A stretch of 63,029 bases of DNA, the filler included, from Octopus bimaculoides (lineage: Eukaryota): assembly GCF_001194135.2 (NCBI RefSeq). It is 5 parts of 5 records of this genome, joined end to end, with 100 filler letters (N's around TTAATTAATTAA, not from the genome) between each part and the next. Parts side by side here need not be neighbours in the genome. Positions count along the whole stretch, not along the records: positions 37,257 to 54,047 come from NC_068984.1; positions 54,148 to 57,974 come from NC_068990.1; positions 58,075 to 63,029 come from NC_068994.1; 2 more parts are not named here. One strand, written 5' to 3'. The notes under the pieces were generated by a model. The model was not told the origin of the DNA. It made no database searches and saw nothing but the letters and a program-made list of their open reading frames with translations. The position numbers were made by a program, and so were the translations under genes. Below are positions 51,202-63,029 of this stretch, one piece after another (within the stretch, counting starts at the first letter, position 1; each line of letters begins with the position of its first letter).

Positions 51202-52202
51202 TTCTTTCTTTGTTTCTCTTCCCCGCAAACACATTTACCACCTCCGTTCCACAGAATGACAGAGTAGCGTGACAGATTGTTTACACCACAGGAATCTGTC
51301 CTTAGCACTTTAATATAATAGATGTGAGATGGTGTAAATTTCAGGAACTGAGCGTACGGAAGCTCTCAATAAGGAATTTTGTTATATATCTTTATTTTTT
51401 AGTTTGTTTGTTTTTTTTGTTATTTTGTCAAAGCATAAGACCGTTATCTCTACTTGGTAATAATTAAAATTATTAATAATTCTATAATTTCTCACTCTAC
51501 AATAGCCTATTCTTAAAACTCAATGTCAAAGGAAATAAGTTCAAATATTTCCTTTTAGTTCAAAAAGCTCAAATATTTGATTGCAAAGAAATTACTATTT
51601 TACAAAATCCCTAAATGAGAAAAAAATTAATATGATCTGAGTTGTTGACAAAAGCTGCGTCCATTTAAAATAAATTTCATTGTTCAATGATTATAATTAA
51701 TAACAGCACTCTTCTAATATTTGCGGTGTTGTGTAAAGATTAATTGATTGTTGTAAAAAATTACCTATTGTGTACAAATTTCAATATCGTTGGGTTTGAC
51801 ATCCGGGTTTTTGACGAAACGAAATGAAAGTTCCGTTGTCTTTCTTTAAAATCATTATGTTATATATTTCTTTTGTCTTGGACGGTGCAAAGGATGAGAT
51901 CCTAGCTATAAAGTTAAAGAAAGAGAAACAGAAATATCAAATAATATTGTTGAATTCATTTGGTAAAAAGAAGTGGGGGGAATTTCTGAAGGTAATAATT
52001 ATTCTCAGATATAATTTTTATAGCTAAATATACCATTAGGCATATTTAGCTATAAAAACCTGTATGTAGATGCGCTGTTGTTGCTTTTTAAACCTAATTT
52101 TAGGCCATTCCTGTTCGTGTAAACCTTTTATCAAAAGTAATCAAGTCGTGACTGTCAAAAGCTCAAAGAACTGATTTAATTCATTGTTTCATTTCGTTAG
52201 AC

Positions 52203-53424
52203 CAGTGGTTTTCAACCAGGGTCCATGTAACCCTTCGGAGGCAGTGACGTATGGTGGCTGTTGTCATTGGGTGTGCTGCCACACTGACCATACTATGACT
52301 AGCATTAGTATTACTCAAATTAGGCATACAAACTGTATTTCTATTCAAAATGCAGGATCCAAAATATAAATAATGTAAATAAAATTCAATTGGGATACAG
52401 ATATATGGTACTAAAGTAAACTGAATTAATAATACTTTACAATTAAATTTTAAATATAATGCTTAAGCACACAACTAAGTAATTCACAAAATTCACTGAG
52501 CAAAATATCAACGCACAACCTTCCGCATCGAATCGTTTATAGAGACGAACGACAAAGCAGCTGATACTGCCCAAACTTGTAGTGTTTGGTGCACGAACAG
52601 CTCCAGAATTCGACCTTATTTAAGTTTTATTTCTGATTTCTAAAAGTGTATTATTAGTTTTGAAAACAAATTAAGATTAAAGTTATATGATGATATTGTA
52701 AGAAAAAAATTATTGTAAAAAAATTAGTTTTAATTTAGGAATTTTAAATCATTTAAACATACAACTTCGCGCCACGAAAACGAACGCGATCGTGCTGTCA
52801 AAGCTGTCGCACACCCTTCGCCATTAATTTTTTTACCATTCTCCCAACGCACGGTACTATATTATGATATAATGCTCTGTGAGGTGTGCAGTATTATTCC
52901 AGGACACCCGCCACCAAATTTCAAACTTGGGTATAACAAAAGTTTTTCCTTACGATGTGGTTAAATTAATAAGTAAGGTTAATATTTATAATAAATTCGC
53001 CATTTTCGATGAGTGGGCAGCGCACACCTACCACACCCGGAATATACGCCCCTGTTGGAGGCCCATATAAGATTTTGGGGGTGGGGTCCATGCAAGCAAA
53101 ATAGTAAATTGGGGATCCACAGTATTTAAGGGTTCACGAAAAAATGTTACTTTAATTGTATTTATTGCAAGAAACAAGTAGGTTTCTTTCCTTAATGTTT
53201 TACATAGTTCGCCATACTTCTGGCTTCTTGTACATGTTCCCTTAGGAAGTGCCATTGCAGACCTACACAAGTGAATGGGTGAAAAACAAAATAGGAATTT
53301 TGAAAGAAGTAACTATAAAATCAGTTTTTAAGCATCGAATGGTTATGGGGGTCCACAAGGGTTAAATAATAATTTGAGGGGTTCATCGGTAAAAAACAAT
53401 AAAAAACATGGTTAAGAACCACTG
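52203..53424 (+). mobile_element. hAT MITE (same family as 30970-31268) carrying a nested insertion
   Basis: TIR CAGTGGTTTTCAACC / GGTTAAGAACCACTG; TSD CGTTAGAC/AGTTAGAC. Removing 52242-53054 restores a body similar to the 31-kb MITE. Confidence 0.85.
52242..53054. mobile_element. Non-autonomous DNA transposon nested in the MITE
   Basis: Ends CAGTGACGTAT / ATACGCCCCTG (CAG.GGCGTA-type TIR); flanks TCGGAGG/TTGGAGG look like a target duplication. Confidence 0.65.
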
Positions 53425-53550
53425 AGTTAGACAAACAACGTTTCGGTTGCATACGTACATGTCGACGAGTATGCATCAATATGTATATCAATATATGCGA
53501 CTGAAAAATTTACTCTTCTGTCTCCCTTCCAAAGCAAATCAAAAACCATG

Positions 53551-53610
53551 GTGTCTTCGCTTATTATTAATTTCAGGAAGAATAAAGGACCTCATCAGCA
53601 CGCCGAAACC
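53551..53610 (-). ncRNA. Degenerate hammerhead-like motif with a 1-nt insertion before GAAA
   Basis: CUGAUGA GG...CC U GAAA UU AAU AA UA; stem I only partly paired. Confidence 0.4.
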
Positions 53611-54047
53611 CTCAGTATAAAACGCTGAGACCTTTAGATTTTCATTGTCAAAGCCATGCTTCAACTTTTTTTTACGAATGAATAAAATAGATAAATGATG
53701 ATGAATACACACGTACATGTACATGATGAACACATTCGGTGAGAAATGAAAGGAAATTTGAAGAAAGAAGAAAAAAAAAAAAAACATAATAATAATAATA
53801 CTTTACTTTACTTCTTTCAGTCATTTGACTGCGGCCATGCTGGAGCACCGCCTTTAGTCGAGCAAATCGGCCCCAGGACTTATTCTTTGTAAGCCTAGTA
53901 CTTATTCTATATGTCTCTTTTGCGGAACCGCTAAGTTACGGGAACGTAAACATATCACCGTCGGTTGTCAAGCGAAGTTGGGGAGGGGAGGACAAACACA
54001 GACACACAAACATATACACACACATACATACATACATACATATATAT

Positions 54048-54147
54048 NNNNNNNNNNNNNNNNNNNNNNNNNNNNNNNNNNNNNNNNNNNNTTAATTAAT
54101 TAANNNNNNNNNNNNNNNNNNNNNNNNNNNNNNNNNNNNNNNNNNNN
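54048..54147. other. Artificial 100-nt assembly spacer
   Basis: 44N-TTAATTAATTAA-44N. Confidence 0.95.
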
Positions 54148-54380
54148 CAGACAAATACATAACAAAAACACCAGGACTTACAAATATATATAACATACAG
54201 AAAATTGCACTACTAGGTACTGCACACATTCTACGCAAAACACTTTCAATACAGTAAACATAAGAGCACCACAGCAAACCACAGCACATACCCAAGGCGC
54301 ACAGAGCTGCGCTCGGTAGTGAAGTGAAAGCACGTTATAAAAATAAAACTACTGAACAATAATAATAATAATAATAATGC
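54148..54380 (+). mobile_element. R4/Dong-like (REL) LINE 3' end with an AAT tail
   Basis: DKYITKTPGLTNIYNIQKIALLGTAHILRKTLSIQ*, a short 3' UTR, then (AAT)n. Confidence 0.8.
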
Positions 54381-54398
54381 TGTTGATGATGATGGTGG

Positions 54399-54451
<53 letters not shown>

Positions 54452-54454
54452 CAG

Positions 54455-54800
54455 GTAGAACTGTGCTGTAAGACCTCCATAATAGCAATGAACAGGTACT
54501 TGTCTAGTACAGAGAGCTGAATGCTGCGGTTTGTGAGCAAACATGAAAGCAGCAAAAAATCACATTCTATTGTCAAGGAAGCTTTCAAATTCGCAAGGGA
54601 ACTTGGCATTGACCCTAAAATAGATAAAGAGCCTGAAACCACTGTCACCAAACAAGTAAAACGGATCAAGAAGACTGCCATAAAGAACGGGCAGAAAGAA
54701 ATTGAGGATCGGTGGAGCCAGAAGCCCCATAATGGACAATATATTCTTCAAAGTCGAAATACTGATGTAGACCAAGCAACAACCCATCAGTGGCTCTCAT
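54455..54800 (+). mobile_element. R4/Dong-like LINE internal fragment (post-RT region)
   Basis: SIVKEAFKFARELG...RWSQKPHNGQY....VDQATTHQWL resembles the W..KPLHGQY...T..WL motif. Confidence 0.75.
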
Positions 54801-56689
54801 GGCTTTTGATCTTAACTGATTGGAAGTGTTATCATGTACATTTTTTTGTCTTGGTATAAATATCTTGGTATAAGATATTCTGCTCAGTCCCACAGATTTG
54901 CTTGTCAGTTGTTTGACCTTAACCAGTTGAGCATAGCCCTTTGATGGCTGACGATATGTGCATCTCTGATCACGAGCAGAAGTAGTGGTGGGGGGAGCAT
55001 CATAGCTAAGTGTTGAGAGGAATTCTTTGGGGTTTGAATCATTCACTTCTGGAAACATGGGTGTTTTGTTCATCATCCTTAAACAAACCTTATTCAGGGA
55101 CCTTTTAAACGGGATGGGCTACTCGACCTGAAGAAGATTCTAACTGGGCCCGTTTGTGTGTGTGTGAGAGAGTGTGTGTGTGTGTGAGTGTGCGTGCGTT
55201 TGTGTGTGTGGTGGGGCTTGCGTTTGTGTGTGTGTGAGTGTGTGCGTGCGTTTGTGTGTGTGTGTGAGTGTGTGCGTGCGTTTGTGTGTGTGTGTGTGTG
55301 TGCGTGCGTGTGTGTATGTGCTTGCGTTTGTCCTCCTCGCTGCTTGACACCGGTGTACGTCTATTTGTATCTTAAAGGTTGGGCAAAAGTGTCCAATAGA
55401 ATAAGCATCGAGCTAAAAATTAGTTCTAGAGTTGTTTTGTTCGATTAAAAGCGTTTCAAGGTGGTGCCCCAGCATGGTCGCAGTTGAATGACCGAAACAA
55501 GTAAAAGAATAAAGGATAAAAATACAAGGCAGCCATAAAGTACAAAGAAGAAACAAATAAATTTAGATAACGAAGTACGTGAGTGCGCACTCACACGCAT
55601 TAATGTGTGTGAGTGCACGTATTGCGTGTTGCAAGTGTTTTATTCAAAGACCGTCTCATAGCCACTCAAGAGCTCTATCTAGAGTAGGAAGATGACCAGC
55701 CAGTCCCTTCAATTGTCACCTAGTCTTTCCGGGTTTCGAAAATCCTCTGATGAGGAAGTTACATGAACAATAAGATGAAAAAAAATATATAAATGAAATA
55801 AAGCCGTTTTCTTGATCAAAATCCTGTTTTCCAGTCCCAGTTTCCTAGCTGCAAGACTTCGCCTTCCACATGAAGTCCTACTTGAACATGTTGGTAATTG
55901 TTTAGTAGGAGAGGAAAAGTGATCCGGGCCTCAATCGTTTCACCCTCGTCCACCGCACCACTGTCGCACTAAGACTCGAGCGATATCCGGGTTCATTCTG
56001 CACTCGTTCTATATAAGTATACGAGTCAGCAGTGTTTGGATACCGAACGTGTGAAGGAAGGAGTAGCGGCGGCAGATCCTTCTGTTGTCCATACTTTGAT
56101 GGTTAAATGCTTAACTAGCTGCCGAATAATAATGGTTTCAAAGGCTAGCAATTTCAGGAGAGGGGATAAGTCATTTTACTCCGTTGCTGTGTAGACACAT
56201 CAGAACCAGTGTTGCTACACGTTGCGACGTTGCACACACACACTCACACACACACACACAAAATGGCTGTTTAACCTTTTTATATTCATAATAAAATAAA
56301 ACTCGTAAACTGGGGGTCTCGTAAAGCGACTGAGGTGTTACTGTATTTATAATCGTCGACCTAAGACTGGTGGGAATGAGTTACAGATGAAAGTACCACC
56401 GAATCGAAATCCTAGCTGCAATGCTAGCAACAGAACCCACTTCAATAAAGATTCGCAAGGTGCCAGGCAATGATGTTAAACCGGGTGATAGACTGAATTG
56501 AGTTTATTCTTTTCAAACAGTTTTAAAAATAAGAACGGAGATTCTCCTGATAACGGATACAACACTGAGAGAAGAGTCAACCATATCAAATTCATATTAT
56601 AAACAGATGTACACACAGCTCTCCTGAAAAAAGAATTTCTAACTTCCGGTCAGCCATTGTTATGATCAGCCATTATTATGATTGACCGT

Positions 56690-56875
56690 TGACTGGACAC
56701 TATTCAATTTTTTTCTCTCCGTGTTTTTCTCCTTGTCTCCGTATTCTTTCTGTTGAAGAGCGTAGCTCGAAACGTCAAAGACTTTCCGTATTCCCGAGCG
56801 TCATACTAATACATCCTTTTGTTATTTACACCACCTGTCCTCGTCTGTTGTTGTTTTTTCGTATATTCTCCCATA
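56690..56875 (+). mobile_element. Penelope-like terminal repeat segment containing a minimal hammerhead variant
   Basis: UCUUU CUGUUGA A GAGC GUA GCUC GAAAC GUC AAAGA at 56745-56781, followed by a pyrimidine-rich tail and TA repeats. Confidence 0.5.
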
Positions 56876-57108
56876 TATATATATATATATATGTATATAT
56901 ATGTATCTAGATATGTATATCTCTTCCTATGTATATACATGTACGTATACAGACACACACATACATACATGCATATACATATCATACATACAAACCTATA
57001 TATATATAAGAAGAGTGTTTATAATTATGAACAAATCACAATTATAACCAAGAGGGTCTCAAAAAAAACCTTACATGTTTAGAAATAGCAGTCAAAAACT
57101 ACTATAAA

Positions 57109-57628
57109 GCCACCATTCTCACTCAAATCGTATCTCCTCGCAATAAATGCTGTTTGCGAGCGACATGACATATAAAATCCACAACTTCAAAATAGAAGGT
57201 TAACTTTCTATTGCAATTTTGACGTTAGGAAACTATTAAGGTTCCAATTCGTCTCTTCAGGAGAAGTCTGTCAGCTCTTCGCCTCAGTTGTATAATAATA
57301 ATGATGATAAAATGAGTGAAATGAAACCGGTGCGTGTGTGCCATAGATAGAAATTGATACGTTTGAGTTCAGAATTTGAAATGTGTAGATAGAAGTTGAC
57401 ACATTATTCTTGCCGGCCGGGATACATGTAAGCCCCAAGGTAAGGTCTTGTATCAATTTCTATCTACAAGAATATTTTCCTTAAGAGACGAATGGGACCC
57501 TTAATAGGTTACTAATGTCGAAATTGCAATAGAAAGTTAACCTTTTATTTTTAAGTTGTGGATTTTATATGTCATGTCGCTCGCAGACAGCATTTATTGT
57601 GAGAAGATGTAATATGAGTGATAATAGC
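57109..57628. repeat. Foldback element: inverted arms of about 155 bp around a spacer of about 205 bp
   Basis: 57109-57267 is the reverse complement of about 57474-57628, with scattered mismatches. Confidence 0.88.
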
Positions 57629-57797
57629 AGTTCCGAAAATGTGGACAACTCACCGTGGGAGTTTTCGGAAATGTTTACTTCAAAATTGGAAAACCTAGCT
57701 ATCAAGCGAAGGAAGACAACTCACCCGGCCATAATTTTTGAAGAGGAATATTTCTTGAACTATCACCGGCGTTCTTTGCAGAGATCAGTTATCGTTT

Positions 57798-57855
57798 AGA
57801 GAAACTGAAGAGATGTCTAGTTCACGTTAGATATGAAACCAATGGTATTTTTTAA
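57798..57855 (+). ncRNA. Degenerate type I hammerhead-like motif
   Basis: GAGAAA CUGAAGA G AUGUCUAG uucacg UUAGAUAU GAAA CC AAU GG UA UUUUUU; C11.1 is missing and stem I relies on G-U pairs. Confidence 0.5.
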
Positions 57856-57974
57856 TTTTTATAAACTGTTACTTTACTCATACAAAAATAAACAACCGCT
57901 CTATATTTCATAGGGTATGATCTTCTCCTGATTTATGATCTTATAACGAAGATATATGATAGATCGCGAGCCAC

Positions 57975-58074
57975 NNNNNNNNNNNNNNNNNNNNNNNNNN
58001 NNNNNNNNNNNNNNNNNNTTAATTAATTAANNNNNNNNNNNNNNNNNNNNNNNNNNNNNNNNNNNNNNNNNNNN
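57975..58074. other. Artificial 100-nt assembly spacer
   Basis: 44N-TTAATTAATTAA-44N. Confidence 0.95.
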
Positions 58075-58222
58075 TTTTTTTTTGACTAAAACACAACCGG
58101 GACCCTAAGTAAGGCATGTGTAAAATTTGAATGGAATTGGTTGTGTAGTTCTAGAGTTTTAGGGATTCACACAGACACACACACACACAGACATACATTC
58201 TCAATTTTATATATATATAGAT
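58075..58222 (+). mobile_element. Possible Helentron/DINE-like non-autonomous element end
   Basis: AAAATTTGAA...TTGGTTG.GTAGTT....CACAGACACAC...TTTTATATATATATAGAT end architecture. Confidence 0.4.
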
Positions 58223-58669
58223 TACACTTCCACTACCAGAGAACGTAACATTTTCTGTGTCTGAGGAATCTGATTCTTAGTTTAATTTTTAAAGTTGTAA
58301 TCGGCAAGTTGTAACTGATAATTTATGACGAGCAAATAAATTGCTTATACACGTATGACAAATCGTAGTTAGAAACTTGTAATTAATGAGGTGATGCTAT
58401 TGTTCCCAACATGTGATACTAAATAAAAATAAATGAGTAAAAATTTAAAATAAATTCAAAGCTCATTGAATTAAAAATAAAACAAATTATTGCAGTTATT
58501 TTTCTCCGCAATTTCGCTATATTTTTAACAGTGATGGGTTAAATTTCATCCAAAAATAAAATTTGAATTTGCTATCTTTCTAAGAAATCGTTATCCAGAT
58601 CGATTATTTATTTCTCCAGTCAGAAGTGGTGTCTTTTTGGATATAAAATTAAAATTGTTCTCAAATTTT

Positions 58670-59500
58670 GGAACAAGGCCAGTAATTTGGAGTGGGAGTA
58701 TAGTCGATTACATCGACCTCAGTGTATGACTGATACTTATTTTACCGCCCCAGAAAAAGTGAAAGATAATGTCGGCCCTACCGGCATTTGAACTCTGAAC
58801 GTTAAATTGGAATAAATGCCGCAGGGTATTTTGTCCAGCGTGGTAACGATTCTACCTGCTCGCCGTCTTAGATAAAGATTATTTAAGCCGAAAAATACAT
58901 TGCGATTTTTCTGATGTTTGTTCTGACTATTTATGCCGCTCGTTCAAATCCTGTGCTGGTCTACTTTGCCTTTCATTCCTACCAAGTCGATGAAAAGATA
59001 AAGTACCAGTCAAGTACTGCTGTCGGTGTAATCGACTATGCCCACTAACATTACAGGCTTTGTGTCAAAATTTGAAACCATTATAAGGCAGCGCACTGGT
59101 AGAATCGTTAACCCACCGGGCAAAATGCTTAGCGGCATTTCGTCCGTCTTTACGTTCTGAGTTCAAATTCCGCCGAGGTCGACTTTGCCTTTCACCTCTT
59201 CAAGGTCGATCAAATAAGTATCAGTTAAGCACTGGGGCCGATGTAATCGAGTAGCCCCTTCCCCAAACTTCAGGACTTGTGCCTATAGTAGAAAGGATTG
59301 TAGGGCGCCGAGCTGGCAGAATCATTAGTACGCGGGGCAAAATGTTTCACGTTCTGAGTTCAAATTCCGCCGTGGTCGACTTTGCCTTTTACCCTTTCGG
59401 GGTCAATAAAATAAGTACCAGTTGAACACTGGGGTCGACGTAATGGACTCATCCCCTGCACCAAAATTGTCGCCCTTGTGGCAAAATTTGAAACCATTAT
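58670..59500. mobile_element. Cluster of four SINE family B copies (one minus, then three plus head-to-tail)
   Basis: Core GTCGACTTTGCCTTT recurs at about 58960, 59178 and 59375; a reverse copy spans about 58670-58870. Confidence 0.85.
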
Positions 59501-60552
59501 TATTATTGTATAATTATTATACAAAAATGACTGATATTATGTCATTGGGGGACAACAATAATAACTTATTCTAATCAGTAAATGTTTTCGAGAATGCTTA
59601 CACAGTTTTGTATGACAATGCTACAGAACGTTGACCCATCTTCGCCAACGCCGACCAATGAGCTCTACTCAGAAGAATCTATGAATCATCAGCCTTTGAA
59701 CAGTACGTGGAGAAGGTAGAGGTAGAGGTAGAGAAGTGGTTACATGGGACAGAACGCATGATCAGGACTGTGGGAAAATCCTGATGAAGGCAAATTAATT
59801 TTTTTAAAGTTCTTATATATCTTATTTTATTATGTGATTTTGCGTAGTTTTTAAAAATATTCTATATGATTATTTGTATGCTTGTACATCTTTAATTTAT
59901 CTTTATATTGAATTGTGTATCTCACCATTCCACTTGTTTTTATATAAGGTATTTGTCGCATCCCACTCGTCTTTAAAAGCCCCTGTTTAATGTCCATTGT
60001 TTTATTTGTATGCGTCGCACTATTGTGACTAATAAAGAAATTATTATTATTATTTCATGGACATTGTAATCAGGAGACAGACATGACAGGAAACAAGATG
60101 ACAGGGGAAAAGTGGTGGGAAAGAACACAGACAGGAAGTAAGGAAGAAAGGAAAGAAAGGAGAAGCAAATGAAGAAGAATTGAAACTAGTTATTAATAAC
60201 CAAAAGCAATTTAGAGTTCCATTAACAAACATGTTAATGAAAAGGAAAAATAACAACTTCAGACAAATATGGCTACCATCTTGATTTGGATGGTGTACCC
60301 TGACCGGAAGTATGTTTAGATTTAGTTGCTTTTTCTCCTTTTTTTTTTATCTTTTGAATATATCGGCTTGTGATGTNNNNNNNNNNNNNNNNNNNNNNNN
60401 NNNNNNNNNNNNNNNNNNNNNNNNNNNNNNNNNNNNNNNNNNNNNNNNNNNNNNNNNNNNNNNNNNNNNNNNNNNNNNNNNNNNNNNNNNNNNNNNNNNN
60501 NNNNNNNNNNNNNNNNNNNNNNNNNNNNNNNNNNNNNNNNNNNNNNNNNNNN

Positions 60553-60623
<71 letters not shown>

Positions 60624-61298
60624 ATAGGGAGTGAATCAAAAATATCGGAAGTGGGTTAAATATATTTAGATCACGAGATGGGACGTTATCTCAAAGTGAC
60701 AATTACCAGGCTCATATGTATGTATGTCAATGTGTACGTATATATATATGTATATGTTTGTCTGCGCGAGTGTGTGTGTGTGTGTGTGTGCGCGCGCGCG
60801 CATGTACCTATGTATGTATGTATGTATAAATATATATACACACACATATATATANNNNNNNNNNAAATATATATACACACACACATATATATATACTCAA
60901 ACATTTACTCACCGGTTAAGCACTCAAGACATACACACATATAGAGAGAGAGAGAGAAAGAAAGAAAGAAAAGAAAAAGAGAGAGAGAGAGAAAGACAGA
61001 CACACACTTCTTACTACACTTTTGAAAAATGCTGAACCGTTTTCATCTGAAGCAGCTGGAGATACGATAGTTTGACCAAAGGAACCGGCTATTGCAAGCG
61101 AAATCAAATATTAAAAAAAAAACGCATTTGACCAAATTTGAACATACGACAGTTTAACATAATAGCAACGATATATATATATATATTATTTGTAAGCCTA
61201 GTAGTTATTCTATCGGTCCCGTTAGCCGAACCGCTAGGTTACGGGGACGTAAACACACCAACATCAGTTGTCAAGTGATGATGAAGGGACAAACACAG

Positions 61299-61367
<69 letters not shown>

Positions 61368-61695
61368 TGTATATGTGTATATGTACACTCACATCTGATT
61401 CTTAATAATTTGTCCAGTCTAAAACTTTACTTGATCTCGAGTCAAAATTTCACTGCAACCCACATATTTTCAACAGTCTTGCTTTAGATTTTATTGATTT
61501 ATTTTCTCAATTTATCTATCTTGTTTTACCACCTTTCTATCTTGATATCGATGCGTAAAAATATTTACAAAGTCAATAATTCACGGGCTGCACGCAGAAC
61601 ATCAATAATCTACACAATAACATATCCATTTATTAATAATATTGTGGCTGATTCGAACATGAATATCTGATCGCTGTTATCGGTCCGAGGAGGTA

Positions 61696-61748
61696 GCTTT
61701 GACTGAGGAGACACACAATAAGGTCGAAACACCACGTTATCTCAAAGT
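61696..61748 (+). ncRNA. Type I hammerhead ribozyme-like motif inside a 30-bp inverted repeat
   Basis: GCUUUGA CUGAGGA GAC acacaauaag GUC GAAAC accacguu AUC UCAAAGU. 7-bp stem I, 3-bp stem II, and a C15.2-A16.2 mismatch. Flanked by the inverted arms 61646-61675 and 61760-61789. Confidence 0.7.
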
Positions 61749-63029
61749 CTTCTTACACAAGCGATCAGATATTCACGTTCGAATCTGCCAAATAATATTA
61801 CAAATGAATAGAGACGTTATTATTTTCTAACGTCGTTTCAATGAAAATATATATAAATGTTTACCGTTCGCGAATTCTAATTTTATTTTCAAAAACTATT
61901 TGAAAGAAAAATTAAGAATAGACTCCATACGAGGAACCTGACTATCAGTTCGTATTCCATAGATTTCGTATAGATTTGATCAACAACAAAATTGTCACTC
62001 ACAAGCTTGGCATCCCAAACCAACATGAAGACTGCTTTGCCACCAAAGCATGTGTAAAAGTTAAAGCGAGTTCCAGGATTACTAATTATTGTCACAGTTT
62101 ATCATTCAATGTCTAAACAAGTTAAATTCTCCAACCTATATCCAGTTTATTTGCTCTCTATACTTCTACTATGTTATAGTCTTGGTTTGTATTTTGTTGG
62201 TCGTAAGAACTAAAAGTGTTATGTAGTGATCTGATTTGCACCGCAGCAGTTACCTAGATTCTAAGTATGTGGTATTTGTTGGGGGAGAGACAGCTAGGTG
62301 ATTGAGTCTACAAGCCACGAAGCCATGCGTAACACAAGCGCAGATACTCGCATTCAATAGTATGTGTACGCACGTATGTTTGTTACATATATGTGAGCGT
62401 ACTTGTGCGTGACACATGTATAAAAGTCTATATATATATGTTCTATCTACACGCGCACACACACAGTTAAAAGTATTTAAAGCGTTTGCTTTTCTGTCAT
62501 TCAACATATTTTCAATAACTTTAATTTATGAGTTACGACAGAAAGGCCAAGACACTTTAATAACAGTCACAACAGAAAGGCAAAGAAAATTGAATTAGTA
62601 TTTTCTCATGGACAATTGTATTGCGCTCTTTGCAGACTGCATACACTCCTTGGCGTGAAGATAAAAATAATAGACAATAATCTCAAAGGAGAAAAAATAG
62701 TAGTTATATAACAAAAAATATAGTTTTCAAAACTGTTCTCTCTTTTAAAGTTGCACCTTCAGTACCATCTGTGTGTTACTGAAGATGCAAGTTACAGCAT
62801 CTCAGCAATCAAATACGTCAGGAAAAACAAAACAAAACAGAATTTGAAAAGAAATTATGTATATCATGGTTCTCTATAAATTTCCAACATTTTTTTCTTT
62901 TTTCCTTTTGCTATAGTTTTTCAAATAATTATGAAATTTCCACACGTAATGCATAATATCTAATTACTATTCATATTCTGGAATTGCTCGATATCGTAAA
63001 CATAGAAGTTCAATGAGCCTATATGCTAG

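Noticed and set aside
55720-55790. CTGATGAGG near TTTCGAAA as another hammerhead
   Set aside because: Elements are in the wrong order and no stem II or stem I pairing is possible. The CTGATGAAGG at about 59781 was rejected because GAAA is missing.

Overview
AT-rich eukaryotic genomic DNA, repeat-dense and gappy. The SINE families and microsatellite load suggest an octopus or other coleoid cephalopod (inference only). Four identical 100-nt spacers (44 N + TTAATTAATTAA + 44 N) split the window into five blocks that may not be true neighbours: 1-9290, 9391-37156, 37257-54047, 54148-57974 and 58075-63029. Genes supported by the sequence: (i) the first two coding exons of SKP1 (32074-32170, 36052-36266), with the rest missing after a spacer; (ii) the main exon of a short kinin/leucokinin-type neuropeptide precursor (50106-50500) giving GFNPWGamide, TFSPWGamide and a decayed third copy; (iii) a terminal Q/S/H-rich exon of an unknown gene (844-1496); (iv) a candidate minus-strand gene at about 15.3-15.9 kb with an NRF1/YY1-type promoter and an 11-nt start-codon microexon. 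Most other recognisable sequence is mobile DNA: several tRNA-derived SINE families, RTE, Tx1-like and R4/Dong-like LINE pieces, an internally deleted Gypsy element, two Tc1/mariner remnants, and hAT and piggyBac-type MITEs. The main hidden signal is six type I hammerhead-ribozyme-like motifs from different repeat families (8.3, 13.2, 53.6, 56.8, 57.8 and 61.7 kb), several with unusual core variants or long hairpin contexts. All coordinates and base pairings were read by eye; no alignment or folding was run.
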